64,000 bases of DNA from an uncultured Bordetella sp. (GCA_964606765.1 CAZSIR010000001.1:5988-69987), one strand, 5' to 3'. Shown: positions 9,027 through 19,281, counted from the stretch's first letter. Numbers and translations are program-made. The notes: generated by a model not told the origin, from the sequence alone.

Positions 9027-9098
9027 GCCACAGAGGACACAGAGAGCACAGAGAAAACCCCGGAAACCGGTTTTGCCGTTCTCTGTGAACTCTGTGGC
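9027..9098. repeat. GC-rich inverted-repeat element with arms built of tandem CACAGAG units
   Basis: Left arm gccacagaggacacagagagcacagagaa (9027..9055). Right arm ttctctgtgaactctgtggc (9079..9098). The two arm ends pair, leaving an internal bulge, and the centre contains ccggaaaccgg. Confidence 0.75.
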
Positions 9099-9119
9099 CA
9101 GGTTTTTGATTTTGACCTT

Positions 9120-10835
9120 ATGCAAACCATTAAAACCGACATCCTGATCCTCGGCTCCGGCGGCGCCGGCCTGTTCGCCGCGCTGCATGCGCACCAGCAT
9201 GATCCCGCATTGAAAATCACGGTCGCCGTGAAGGGGCTGCTGGGCAAAAGCGGCTGCACACGCATGGTGCAGGGCGGCTACAACGTGGCACTTGCGGAAG
9301 GCGACTCGGTGGAGCGCCATTTCATGGACACCATCGAGGGCGGCAAATGGCTGCCTGACCAGGATCTGGCGTGGACGCTGGTGGAAACCGCCGTCGAGCG
9401 CATACACGAACTGGAGAACGAACTCGGCTGCTTTTTCGACCGTAATCCCGACGGCAGCATCCACCAGAAAGCATTCGCCGGGCAGACCTTTGACCGTACC
9501 GTGCACAAAGGCGACCTGACCGGCATTGAAATCATCAATCGCCTGGCTGAGCAGGTCTGGGCGCGCGGCATTGACCGCCTCGAAGAACATCGCGCGGTCG
9601 AATTCATCAAGAACAAGGCCGGTGATGCGATTTCCGGCGTGCTGATGATCGACATGCGCAGCGGCGATTTCGTGTTCGTGCAGGCGCAGGCGGTGCTGCT
9701 GGCGACCGGCGGCGGGCCCACCATGTACAAGTTCCACACGCCTTCCGGCGACAAGAGCTGTGACGGCATGGCGATGGCGCTGCGCAGCGGCCTCATGTTG
9801 CGCGACATGGAAATGGTGCAGTTTCACCCGACAGGCCTGATTGCAGGTTCGGATACGCGCATCACCGGCACCATCATCGAGGAGGGTCTGCGCGGCGCCG
9901 GCGGCTATCTGCTGAACGGTGCGGAAGAGCGCTTCATGCACAACTATGACAAGCGCAATGAGCGCGCGACACGGGACATCGTCAGCCGCGGCATGTATGA
10001 AGAGATGCGTGCGGGGCGCGTCAACAAACACGGCGGGCTGTACATCACCATGGGCCACCTCGATCCGGTGATGGTGCGCAGGGAATTCAAGGGCATGGTC
10101 GAACGCTGCGCCGATTGCGGCTTTGACCTGGTCGGCGGGCTGGTGGACGTGGTGCCCACCGCCCATTACATGATGGGCGGCGTGGCGTTCAAGACCGACT
10201 GCACGACCGACCTGCCGGGACTGTTTGTCGCCGGCGAGGATTCCGGCGGTGTGCATGGCGCCAACCGGCTTGGCGGCAACGGCGTGGCCAATTCCACGGT
10301 GTTCGGCGGCATTGCCGGTGATGTGATGCCGGGCTGGGTCAAGGCGAACGGCGAGTTCCGCGCGCCGGACCAGGAGGCAATTGCCGCCGCGGTGGCGCGC
10401 TGCCGCGCGCCGCTGACGCGCAAGGGCGGTGACATCAATGCGATCCGTGAACAACTCTACAGCGTGATGTGGGACGACGTCGGCATCATCCGCGATGCCG
10501 CTTCGCTCACGCGCGCGGCAGGCCTGCTGGATGAACTCGATGCCCGGCTTGATGCCGCCGGTGTGGACGGTTCAACGCTGGCCTTCAACCTGACCTGGCA
10601 TGACTGGATGAACCTGAAAAACCTTGTGCTGGTGTCGCAATCGATCCGTTTTGCCGCGATGGCGCGCGAGGATTCACGCGGCGCGCATTACCGCGAGGAT
10701 CATCCGGTGGTGCGCGATCTCGAAAATTCGCGTTTCACCTGCGTCAGCTGGCGCGACGGCCGTTTTGCCAGCGAGACCCGGCCCGTGCAGTTCACCCGCG
10801 TGAAACCCGGGCAATCGCTGCTCGTCACGGCCTGA
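9120..10835 (+). CDS. FAD-dependent SDH/FRD/L-aspartate-oxidase family flavoprotein
   Basis: DILILGSGGAGLFAA dinucleotide fold, MVQFHPTG, AHYMMGG, GEDSGGVHGANRLGGNG. The position equivalent to the SdhA/FrdA flavinylated His (RSHT) reads SGCT, with Cys46 at 9255..9257. Confidence 0.85.
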   Translation: MQTIKTDILILGSGGAGLFAALHAHQHDPALKITVAVKGLLGKSGCTRMVQGGYNVALAEGDSVERHFMDTIEGGKWLPDQDLAWTLVETAVERIHELENELGCFFDRNPDGSIHQKAFAGQTFDRTVHKGDLTGIEIINRLAEQVWARGIDRLEEHRAVEFIKNKAGDAISGVLMIDMRSGDFVFVQAQAVLLATGGGPTMYKFHTPSGDKSCDGMAMALRSGLMLRDMEMVQFHPTGLIAGSDTRITGTIIEEGLRGAGGYLLNGAEERFMHNYDKRNERATRDIVSRGMYEEMRAGRVNKHGGLYITMGHLDPVMVRREFKGMVERCADCGFDLVGGLVDVVPTAHYMMGGVAFKTDCTTDLPGLFVAGEDSGGVHGANRLGGNGVANSTVFGGIAGDVMPGWVKANGEFRAPDQEAIAAAVARCRAPLTRKGGDINAIREQLYSVMWDDVGIIRDAASLTRAAGLLDELDARLDAAGVDGSTLAFNLTWHDWMNLKNLVLVSQSIRFAAMAREDSRGAHYREDHPVVRDLENSRFTCVSWRDGRFASETRPVQFTRVKPGQSLLVTA

Positions 10836-10953
10836 ATCGACGACGGCCGGATTTGATTTTTGGCGGCCGGCAGTCCAGACTCGCTGTCCGCAACAACTCA
10901 GTGCAGTGCCTCAGTGCAGTCCTTTTGCATCATCCAATAACAAAGGAGGAGTC

Positions 10954-11934
10954 ATGGTCCGTTTTTTCGCTTTCACAGCCAGCCTGGCGGCAGCACTGGC
11001 CGGCATGTCCGCCGCAACAGTGCCGGCGATCGCCCAGGAATTCCCCACGCGTTCGATCCGCATGGTGCTGCCTTTCCCGGCCGGCGGCGGCAGTGACCTG
11101 GTGGCGCGCATCATCGCGCAGAAATATGCCCAGCAGCTCGGCCAGCAGGTGGTGGTCGACAATCGCGCGGGTGCCAGCGGCAACATCGCCGCAGAAATCG
11201 TGGCCAAGGCGCCGGGAGACGGCTACACGGTGTTTTTCGCCAACTCCTCAATATCGATCAGCCCGGCGATCTACAAAAAACTGTCCTACGATCCGATCCG
11301 GGATTTCACCGCGATATCGATGGCCTCCTCTTATCCTTTTACCCTGGTGGCGCATCCGGCGCTGCCGGTGAAAAGCGTCAAGGACCTGGTGGCGCTGGCC
11401 AAGGGCAAGCCCAACTCGCTGGATTATTCCTCAGCCGGCACCGGCACCATGTCGCACATGGCGATGGAAATGCTGCGTGTGCAGACGGGCACCCGCATCA
11501 CCCATCTGCCGTACAAGGGCGCCGCGCCCGCCACGGTCGCCCTGCTGACCGGTGAATCACAGGTCGCTTTCATCGTGATGCCGGTGGCTGCGCCGCATAT
11601 CCGTGCCAATCGCCTGCGCGGACTGGGCGTCGCCGACAAGGTGCGTTCATCGGTGGTGCCTGAAGTGCCGACGATGGAGGAGGCCGGGGTCAAGGGGCAC
11701 CTCGCCGTGCAATGGAACGGCCTGCTGGTTCCGTCCAAAACACCGCAGGCCGTGCAGGACAAGCTCTACAAGGAATGGGTCAGCGCGGTGAAATCACCCG
11801 AAGTGGTGCAACGCATACGCGCCGAGGGCGCCGAGCCCAGCGGCAACACGCCGGCGGAGTTTTCCGCATTCTTCAAGGCGGAAACCGCGAAATGGGCCGA
11901 TGTCGCGAAAAAATCCGGCACCACCGTGGACTGA
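10954..11934 (+). CDS. Bug/TctC family substrate-binding protein
   Basis: ATG at 10954 follows aggagg. Signal peptide, then FPTRSIRMVLPFPAGGGSD, VDNRAGASGNIAAE and HLPYKGAAPA. Confidence 0.9.
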   Translation: MVRFFAFTASLAAALAGMSAATVPAIAQEFPTRSIRMVLPFPAGGGSDLVARIIAQKYAQQLGQQVVVDNRAGASGNIAAEIVAKAPGDGYTVFFANSSISISPAIYKKLSYDPIRDFTAISMASSYPFTLVAHPALPVKSVKDLVALAKGKPNSLDYSSAGTGTMSHMAMEMLRVQTGTRITHLPYKGAAPATVALLTGESQVAFIVMPVAAPHIRANRLRGLGVADKVRSSVVPEVPTMEEAGVKGHLAVQWNGLLVPSKTPQAVQDKLYKEWVSAVKSPEVVQRIRAEGAEPSGNTPAEFSAFFKAETAKWADVAKKSGTTVD

Positions 11935-11948
11935 GCGGCGCCATTTCC

Positions 11949-12962
11949 ATGTCCAATCTTTCCGCGGCTGAACTGACCGATCTCGCCGTGCGTGCCCTGA
12001 AACGCGCCGGCGCATCAAAAAACATGGCGATGGCGACGGCCCGGGCACTGGTTGCGGCCGAGGCCGAAGGTTTGTCGGGGCACGGCCTGTCGCGCGTGGC
12101 CCTGTATGCGCAGCATCTGCGCGAAGGCCGCGCCGACGGCAAAGCCAAACCGAAGCTGGTGCGCAAAACCGGCGCGACCTGCCTGATCGATGCCGGCGGC
12201 GGACTGGCTTTCCCGGCAGCGGCTCTGGCGGTGAAAGAGGCGGTCAAACGTGCGCAGCGATACGGCATTGCCTTTGCCGGCGTCACCAACAGCCACCACT
12301 TCGGCGCCGCGGCCTATCACCTTGCACCCGTTGCGGCAGCGGGCATGGCGGGCATTGCGCTGACCAATTCCCCGGCGGCGATCAATGCCTGGGGCGGCAA
12401 AAAAGCATTCTTCGGCACCAATCCCGTTGCGGCGATTTTTCCGCGCAAAAACGCCGCTCCCATCGTGGTTGATCTGTCGCTGACCGAAGTGACCCGCGGC
12501 AAGATCATGCTGATGGCGAAGGAGGGCAGGCCGATACCGCCGGGCTGGGCCGTGGACCGCGACGGGAATCCGACCACGGATGCACAAGCCGCGCTGACCG
12601 GCAGCCTCACCGCCATCGGCGGCGTCAAGGGCACGGCGCTGGCATTGATGGTCGAAGCCCTGTGCGTGGCGCTGACCGGTGCGGCACTGAGCCATGAAAA
12701 TGATTCGTACTTCGAGCCCGGCAACAAGCCGCGTATCGGCCATGCGCTGATTGCGATCAATCCGCAGGCGCTGGCCGGCGCGGAAACCTATTACGCACGG
12801 ATTGAGGACATGGTCGGCCACATGCTCGTCGATGAAGGCGTGCGTCTTCCCGGCGCGCGGCGGCAGCTCGCCAGCATCAGGGCCCAGGCCGAGGGCATCA
12901 CCATCAACGATGCCCTGCACCAGGAGTTGCGTAAACTTGCCGGACGCAGCCGCAGCCGCTGA
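11949..12962 (+). CDS. Ldh family (LDH2/MDH2 type) oxidoreductase
   Basis: GLSGHGLSR, VTNSHHFGAAAYH, FGTNPVA and GGVKGTALALMVE are hallmarks of the type-2 malate/L-lactate/sulfolactate dehydrogenase family. Confidence 0.85.
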   Translation: MSNLSAAELTDLAVRALKRAGASKNMAMATARALVAAEAEGLSGHGLSRVALYAQHLREGRADGKAKPKLVRKTGATCLIDAGGGLAFPAAALAVKEAVKRAQRYGIAFAGVTNSHHFGAAAYHLAPVAAAGMAGIALTNSPAAINAWGGKKAFFGTNPVAAIFPRKNAAPIVVDLSLTEVTRGKIMLMAKEGRPIPPGWAVDRDGNPTTDAQAALTGSLTAIGGVKGTALALMVEALCVALTGAALSHENDSYFEPGNKPRIGHALIAINPQALAGAETYYARIEDMVGHMLVDEGVRLPGARRQLASIRAQAEGITINDALHQELRKLAGRSRSR

Positions 12963-12970
12963 TCGGTCAC

Positions 12971-13012
12971 GTATATTTTTAAGTATTTGATTATAAACAG
13001 AATTTTTAAATA
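12971..13012 (-). repeat. AT-rich dispersed element, copy B (inverted orientation; core AATCAAATACTTA on minus strand, 12980..12992)
   Basis: The reverse complement reads ...aaaaattctgtttataatcaaatacttaaaaatatac, close to copy F. It lies 8 nt after the LDH2 stop. Confidence 0.8.
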
Positions 13013-13021
13013 CCGGCACAG

Positions 13022-14902
<1,881 letters not shown>

Positions 14903-14912
14903 ATGGCAGGGT

Positions 14913-15209
14913 TCAGCCCAGGCCCTCGATAATGCGCAGGTCACGCTCGACTGCGCCGCCAGACAGCTCCTTCAAGGCCGCCTGATATTCCGGCGTGTCG
15001 TGTGCGGCCAGCGCTTTTGCCAGGCTTTCAAATTCAATGACCACCACGCGCTGCAGGATGCCGGCTTCGTAGACCCTGGCGGCCATGCCGCGTACGAGGA
15101 AACGGCCGCCGTGGGCCTGAACGACAGCCGGCGCCACGCTGGCGTAACGCTTGAATGCCTCCGTGTCGTGAATTGCCCGGTAACACACCACCCAGTAGGC
15201 CTTGGCCAT
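14913..15209 (-). CDS. DUF1330 domain protein
   Basis: 98 aa. The pattern MAKAYWVVCYRAIHD...FKRY...GGRFLVRG...VVIEFESLAKA..Y matches DUF1330. Confidence 0.75.
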   Translation of the reverse strand: MAKAYWVVCYRAIHDTEAFKRYASVAPAVVQAHGGRFLVRGMAARVYEAGILQRVVVIEFESLAKALAAHDTPEYQAALKELSGGAVERDLRIIEGLG

Positions 15210-15220
15210 GATTGCTCTCC

Positions 15221-16060
15221 TCAGAAAAACACCAGTGCACGCGCTTCGATGCTCTGCCGCGGCGGCGCACCGGGCGGCGTCGTCGGATCCTCGAAGGAAG
15301 TGTGCGCGGTGAAACGTGCGCGGCCATCCGTCGCCGAATCGAACACCTTGAACACCAGCGCCTCGTCACGTTTCATCAGCGGAAAATAAAACCAGCGGTG
15401 TCCCGCGCCGTGGCGCAGGCGGTAAGTCTGGCCGACCCGCGTCGGATAGCGCCGCTCGGCGATCATCATGTCGGAGAAGGGCACGCTGGCGGCATCGGCG
15501 ATGGCCAGCGGATTGGACTGGATCGGCTGGTGGGTGGCGCGCCAGACCTGGATGATCGCGAAACGGCCCTTGAGCAGCGTTTCGGCCTCGTCGGGCAGCA
15601 GGTCGCGCACGCGCTGCGGTCCCGACCATTCGGTATAGTCGTTGTGCGCCCAGAGCACGGGTTCGCGCAGCAGTTTGGCTTCGCGCTCGGTTTCATCGCC
15701 CGAACGCAATGTGTGGTCAAAAACCACGATGCGCTTTCCGCCGGAATGTTTTTTGATCAGGGCCGCGACCTCGGCGTAATACACGGATTTCAGTTCTTCG
15801 GCATCCATGAAGTTGTTCATCGCGGTGTGATGGGTCGTGAACATGAAGCCGTTGCGATCCAGCGTGAAGTGGTCCTGCTGCGGGCGCCCGTTGCTGATGT
15901 CCACCGGGCGCCAGTCGAGGGTGCCGCTGGAGCGGCGATGAATGTTGTTGGGGCCAAAGGTCTCGTTGGCGAGTTTCTCGCCGGTATCGAGGGTGTAGGG
16001 GATGGATACCTTCAGCGTATCTTGCACTGCAGCAGCGGTTGCTGGGGTTGAATGCATCAT
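15221..16060 (-). CDS. CmcJ/NvfI-like oxidoreductase family protein
   Basis: VFDHTLR, WAHNDYTE, IIQVWR and RWFYFPLMKRDEALVFK resemble the CmcJ/AsaB-type hydroxylase family. The start is chosen at MMHSTP; the ORF extends to 16096. Confidence 0.6.
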   Translation of the reverse strand: MMHSTPATAAAVQDTLKVSIPYTLDTGEKLANETFGPNNIHRRSSGTLDWRPVDISNGRPQQDHFTLDRNGFMFTTHHTAMNNFMDAEELKSVYYAEVAALIKKHSGGKRIVVFDHTLRSGDETEREAKLLREPVLWAHNDYTEWSGPQRVRDLLPDEAETLLKGRFAIIQVWRATHQPIQSNPLAIADAASVPFSDMMIAERRYPTRVGQTYRLRHGAGHRWFYFPLMKRDEALVFKVFDSATDGRARFTAHTSFEDPTTPPGAPPRQSIEARALVFF

Positions 16061-16173
16061 CGGTCTCCGTGCGATGCTGCGACCGTGGTCCAGCATCTGA
16101 ATTTTGCGGCTTGAATTTGCCGCGTGGCGATTGATAATACTCCGGTCATGTCACCGCCGCCGGAGGCCAAGCA

Positions 16174-17070
16174 ATGAGCATCACCCTGTTTCCGATCACC
16201 CCTGATTTTGCCGCCGAGATCGGCGACGTCGATTTGTCCAAGCCACTGGCCAGCGGGGATCTTGCCGAGATCAAGGCGGCGTTCTGGAAATATGCCGTGC
16301 TGATTTTTCCGCAGCAGCAGCTGACCCAGGACCAGCAGCTGGCTTTCGCCGAGCATTTCGGGCCGATCGAGCGCGACCGCACGCTGGATCCGAAAGCGAC
16401 ACCTTCGCGCTTCAGCGGCGCGTTTGCCGATATTTCCAACCTGTCGTCTGAAGGCAAAATCTGGGGAGAAACCAGCCGGCAGCGCATGTACAAGGCGGGC
16501 AACAAGTTGTGGCATACCGACAGTTCCTTCAAACGGCTGCCGAGCATCTGTTCACTGCTGTATGCGGAAACCGTGGCGCCTGTCGGCGGGCACACCGAAT
16601 TTGCCGACCAGCGCGCCGCCTATGACGCCCTGCCGGCGGCCGTCAAAGAAAAACTGCAGGGCCTGGTGGTCGAACACTGGATTGCGACTTCGCGCAAGCG
16701 CAGCGGATTTTCGGAGTTCACCGAAGAGGAGCAGAAGCGCCTGCCGCCGGTGCCGCAGGTGCTGGTGCGCACGATTCCGCAAAACGGCCGCAAATCGCTT
16801 TATGTCGCCTCGCACGCCGGGCGCATCTGGGGCATGCCCGACGCGGAAGGGCGCGCACTGATTGATGAGCTGATTGCCCATGTCATCCAGCGCCAGTTTG
16901 TTTATACCCACCGCTGGCGGCCCAACGAACTGGTGATGTGGGACAACCGCTGCACCATGCATCGCGGCACCGACTTCGAGGATCTGCGCTGGGTGCGCGA
17001 CATGCGTCGCGTGACGGTCAGCGACGTGGCGAATTCCTGCGAACAGGAGGGGCTTGCCGTCCCGGCCTGA
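16174..17070 (+). CDS. TauD/TfdA family Fe(II)/2-oxoglutarate dioxygenase
   Basis: WHTDSSF (H-x-D), GGHTEFAD and WDNRCTMHRG are classic TfdA/TauD motifs. Confidence 0.85.
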   Translation: MSITLFPITPDFAAEIGDVDLSKPLASGDLAEIKAAFWKYAVLIFPQQQLTQDQQLAFAEHFGPIERDRTLDPKATPSRFSGAFADISNLSSEGKIWGETSRQRMYKAGNKLWHTDSSFKRLPSICSLLYAETVAPVGGHTEFADQRAAYDALPAAVKEKLQGLVVEHWIATSRKRSGFSEFTEEEQKRLPPVPQVLVRTIPQNGRKSLYVASHAGRIWGMPDAEGRALIDELIAHVIQRQFVYTHRWRPNELVMWDNRCTMHRGTDFEDLRWVRDMRRVTVSDVANSCEQEGLAVPA

Positions 17071-17092
17071 TGCCGGCAGCTGCGCGCAGCAC

Positions 17093-17119
17093 AAAAAAAC
17101 ACCCCGCCGCAGCGGGGTG
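17093..17119 (-). terminator. Rho-independent terminator for the OmpA-like gene
   Basis: Stem caccccgc/gcggggtg with a 4-nt loop. On the minus strand it is followed by TTTTTTT. Confidence 0.75.
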
Positions 17120-17139
17120 CACGCTCCTCCAGCGGTTTT

Positions 17140-17640
17140 TCAGTCAGCGCAGAATTTGGTGACGGCCATCGGTTCTTTTGCGTCCTTGCCCTCCCAGAAC
17201 ATCAGTTTCGGGTCGAGCCCCTTGTCGGCAAGATAGGTTTTTACGGCCTGGGCGCGTTGTTCATCCAGATTGGCATGGTCTTCGGCTTCAAGGCGGTCCG
17301 TGTGGCCGGTGATGATGATCGAGCCGATGTTGACCGGGCGCGGATCGCGCTTGGTGCCTTTGTTGACCAGAACCACCAGTTTGTCCAGCTCGGATTTGCC
17401 GCCTGCCTTGAGCACGGCGCCGTCTTCATCCCAGGCCCCATCCCCTTGCGCCATGGTTTTCAGCAGCACGTTGTCGCGGCCGGGTTTGGCGCCCGGTTTG
17501 GCCGGCGGTTTGACCTTGATGCCGGATATTTCAACTGCAACCCGACGGTTCGGTTGCAGGCAACTGACCAGCTCGGGGCTGGCGGCGCAGCCGGCAATCA
17601 GCGCAGCCATCGCGGCGGCACTCAAAGGCAACATTTTCAT
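17140..17640 (-). CDS. OmpA-family lipoprotein (peptidoglycan-associated domain)
   Basis: Lipobox LIAGC, the C-terminal OmpA_C pattern IIITGHTDRLEAE...RAQAVKTYL, and RBS ggagga before the ATG at 17640. Confidence 0.8.
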   Translation of the reverse strand: MKMLPLSAAAMAALIAGCAASPELVSCLQPNRRVAVEISGIKVKPPAKPGAKPGRDNVLLKTMAQGDGAWDEDGAVLKAGGKSELDKLVVLVNKGTKRDPRPVNIGSIIITGHTDRLEAEDHANLDEQRAQAVKTYLADKGLDPKLMFWEGKDAKEPMAVTKFCAD

Positions 17641-17865
17641 CTGGATTCCTCCGTTGGTTTTATTGGTCCGGGCGGCGCGGAATGGAGCAACTGGCCACTC
17701 GTCAGCGGATTTTAGGACGCTAGGCATGACGATGGCAATATTAATTGACAATAGTCTCAATTAAATTCCAGAAAATGGAATATCGGGGTCTTATGACCGA
17801 TTGGGGCCTGAATGGGCCCGCAAAAAAGGGAATCCGTATGCCGGCGGCCGTCACCGGCAGCAGCT

Positions 17866-19119
17866 TCAGCCTAATCCGTAGGCGTCCATGCCGCGGGCGG
17901 CCATCAGCATGTCGCGCTTTACCTCGGCCAGCGAATTGGCGCCGAGCATGGCCATGTCACGGTCGATTTCATCGTGCAGCAGCCGGATGGCATGGCGCAC
18001 CCCGGCTTCGCCGGCCACGGCGGCTGCGTAGAGCATCGGCCTGCCGACAAAGACGAACTTTGCGCCCAGCGCCAGCGCTTTCAGCACGTCGGTGCCGCGG
18101 CGTACGCCGCTGTCCATCATCACCGTCATGTCGCCGGCCGCAGCGACGATGCCGGGCAGTACGCGCAGAGGCGATGTGGCGGAGTCAAGCTGGCGGCCGC
18201 CGTGGTTGGATACGATGATGCCGTCCGCGCCGTGCTCACGCGCAATCACGGCATCGCGCCTGTCGAGGATGCCCTTGATCACCAGCCTGCCTTTCCACAG
18301 CCGGCGCATCAACGCGACATGTTCCCAGTTCAGGTGGTCGCGATTGGCGCGTTCGCGCACGGCGGTGCGGGACACCAGCGGCGTGCGGTACTTGCCCATG
18401 TTTTCAAAATGCGGCATGCCGTGGGTGAAGCAGGTGCGCAGCGCCGTGCCGAACAGCCAGCGCGGATGCGCCATGCACTGCAGCGCGAGCCGGAGGCTGG
18501 GACGCAGCGGCGCGTTGTAGCCGTTACGCACATTGTTTTCGCGGTTGGATCCGACGGGGATGTCCACCGTCAGCACCAGCGTGTCATAACCCGCTTTCGC
18601 CACGCGCTCGACCAGCTGCGTGATGGCCTGTTCCTCGCCGGGCAGATAGGCCTGAAACCAAGTGTGGTTCGGGCTTGCTGAGCGCACCTTCTCCAGCGGG
18701 GTGAGCGATGCGCCGCTCAGGATCATCGGCAGATTGGAGGCTGCAGCGGCGCAGGCCAGTGACAGGTCGCCGTTGTAACCGGCAAGCGAGGTGCCGCCCA
18801 TCGGTGCGATGCCGAACGGCGCATCATAAGTGCGTCCGAACAGTTCCGTTTTCTGCGTGCGCTGCGCCACGCCCACCAGCTGGCGCGGTACCAGTGCGAT
18901 CTCGTCAAACACCGAGCGGTTCCAGTTCAGCGTCACATTGCGCTCGACGCCGCCGGAAACATAGCCATAGATCGGCCGCGGGATGTAGCGCCTTGCAGGC
19001 GCCTCGAAATCCTCCAGCGCGAGCATCATGCGCAGTGCGGGCGGGGCCGCGGCGCTGATCAGGTGTGGCGCGGAACGGTCTGCAGAGGACGGCGCAGGGG
19101 TGTTCGCGGTGTTGGGCAT
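17866..19119 (-). CDS. FMN-dependent alpha-hydroxy-acid dehydrogenase/oxidase (LldD/mandelate dehydrogenase family)
   Basis: APFGIAPMGG, LVLTVD, ADGIIVSNHGGRQLD and DSGVRRGTDVLKALALGA. Confidence 0.85.
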   Translation of the reverse strand: MPNTANTPAPSSADRSAPHLISAAAPPALRMMLALEDFEAPARRYIPRPIYGYVSGGVERNVTLNWNRSVFDEIALVPRQLVGVAQRTQKTELFGRTYDAPFGIAPMGGTSLAGYNGDLSLACAAAASNLPMILSGASLTPLEKVRSASPNHTWFQAYLPGEEQAITQLVERVAKAGYDTLVLTVDIPVGSNRENNVRNGYNAPLRPSLRLALQCMAHPRWLFGTALRTCFTHGMPHFENMGKYRTPLVSRTAVRERANRDHLNWEHVALMRRLWKGRLVIKGILDRRDAVIAREHGADGIIVSNHGGRQLDSATSPLRVLPGIVAAAGDMTVMMDSGVRRGTDVLKALALGAKFVFVGRPMLYAAAVAGEAGVRHAIRLLHDEIDRDMAMLGANSLAEVKRDMLMAARGMDAYGLG

Positions 19120-19281
19120 GGCGATTCTCGCAAGGTCATATATTGAACGGGCGAGGGTAGATGAAGGCGCTTCCCCGAGTCAATTTGGATGCATGGAGTG
19201 TGGACTTTGCCTCGGGTTGCCACGGATTTGCGTGGTGTATTCTGTGCGTATCCTGTTTTACAGCCGACAACGAGGGCGAAG

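Noticed and set aside
9024-10454. 476-aa minus-strand ORF opposite the flavoprotein gene
   Set aside because: It is a shadow ORF. Its C-terminus (…FLCALCVLCG) is simply the translation of the CACAGAG repeat element.
15212-16051. 279-aa plus-strand ORF overlapping the CmcJ-like gene
   Set aside because: The opposite-strand frame gives a coherent globular protein with family-like motifs. This frame gives an R/G/H-rich sequence without features.
17736-17783. AT-rich stretch (attaattgacaatagtctcaattaaattccagaaaatggaatat) upstream of the OmpA-like gene, considered as an eighth copy of the AT-rich element
   Set aside because: It shares only caattaaat with copies C and G and lacks the ATCA(A/T)NNNNTTA core. 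It is more simply an ordinary AT-rich promoter region.
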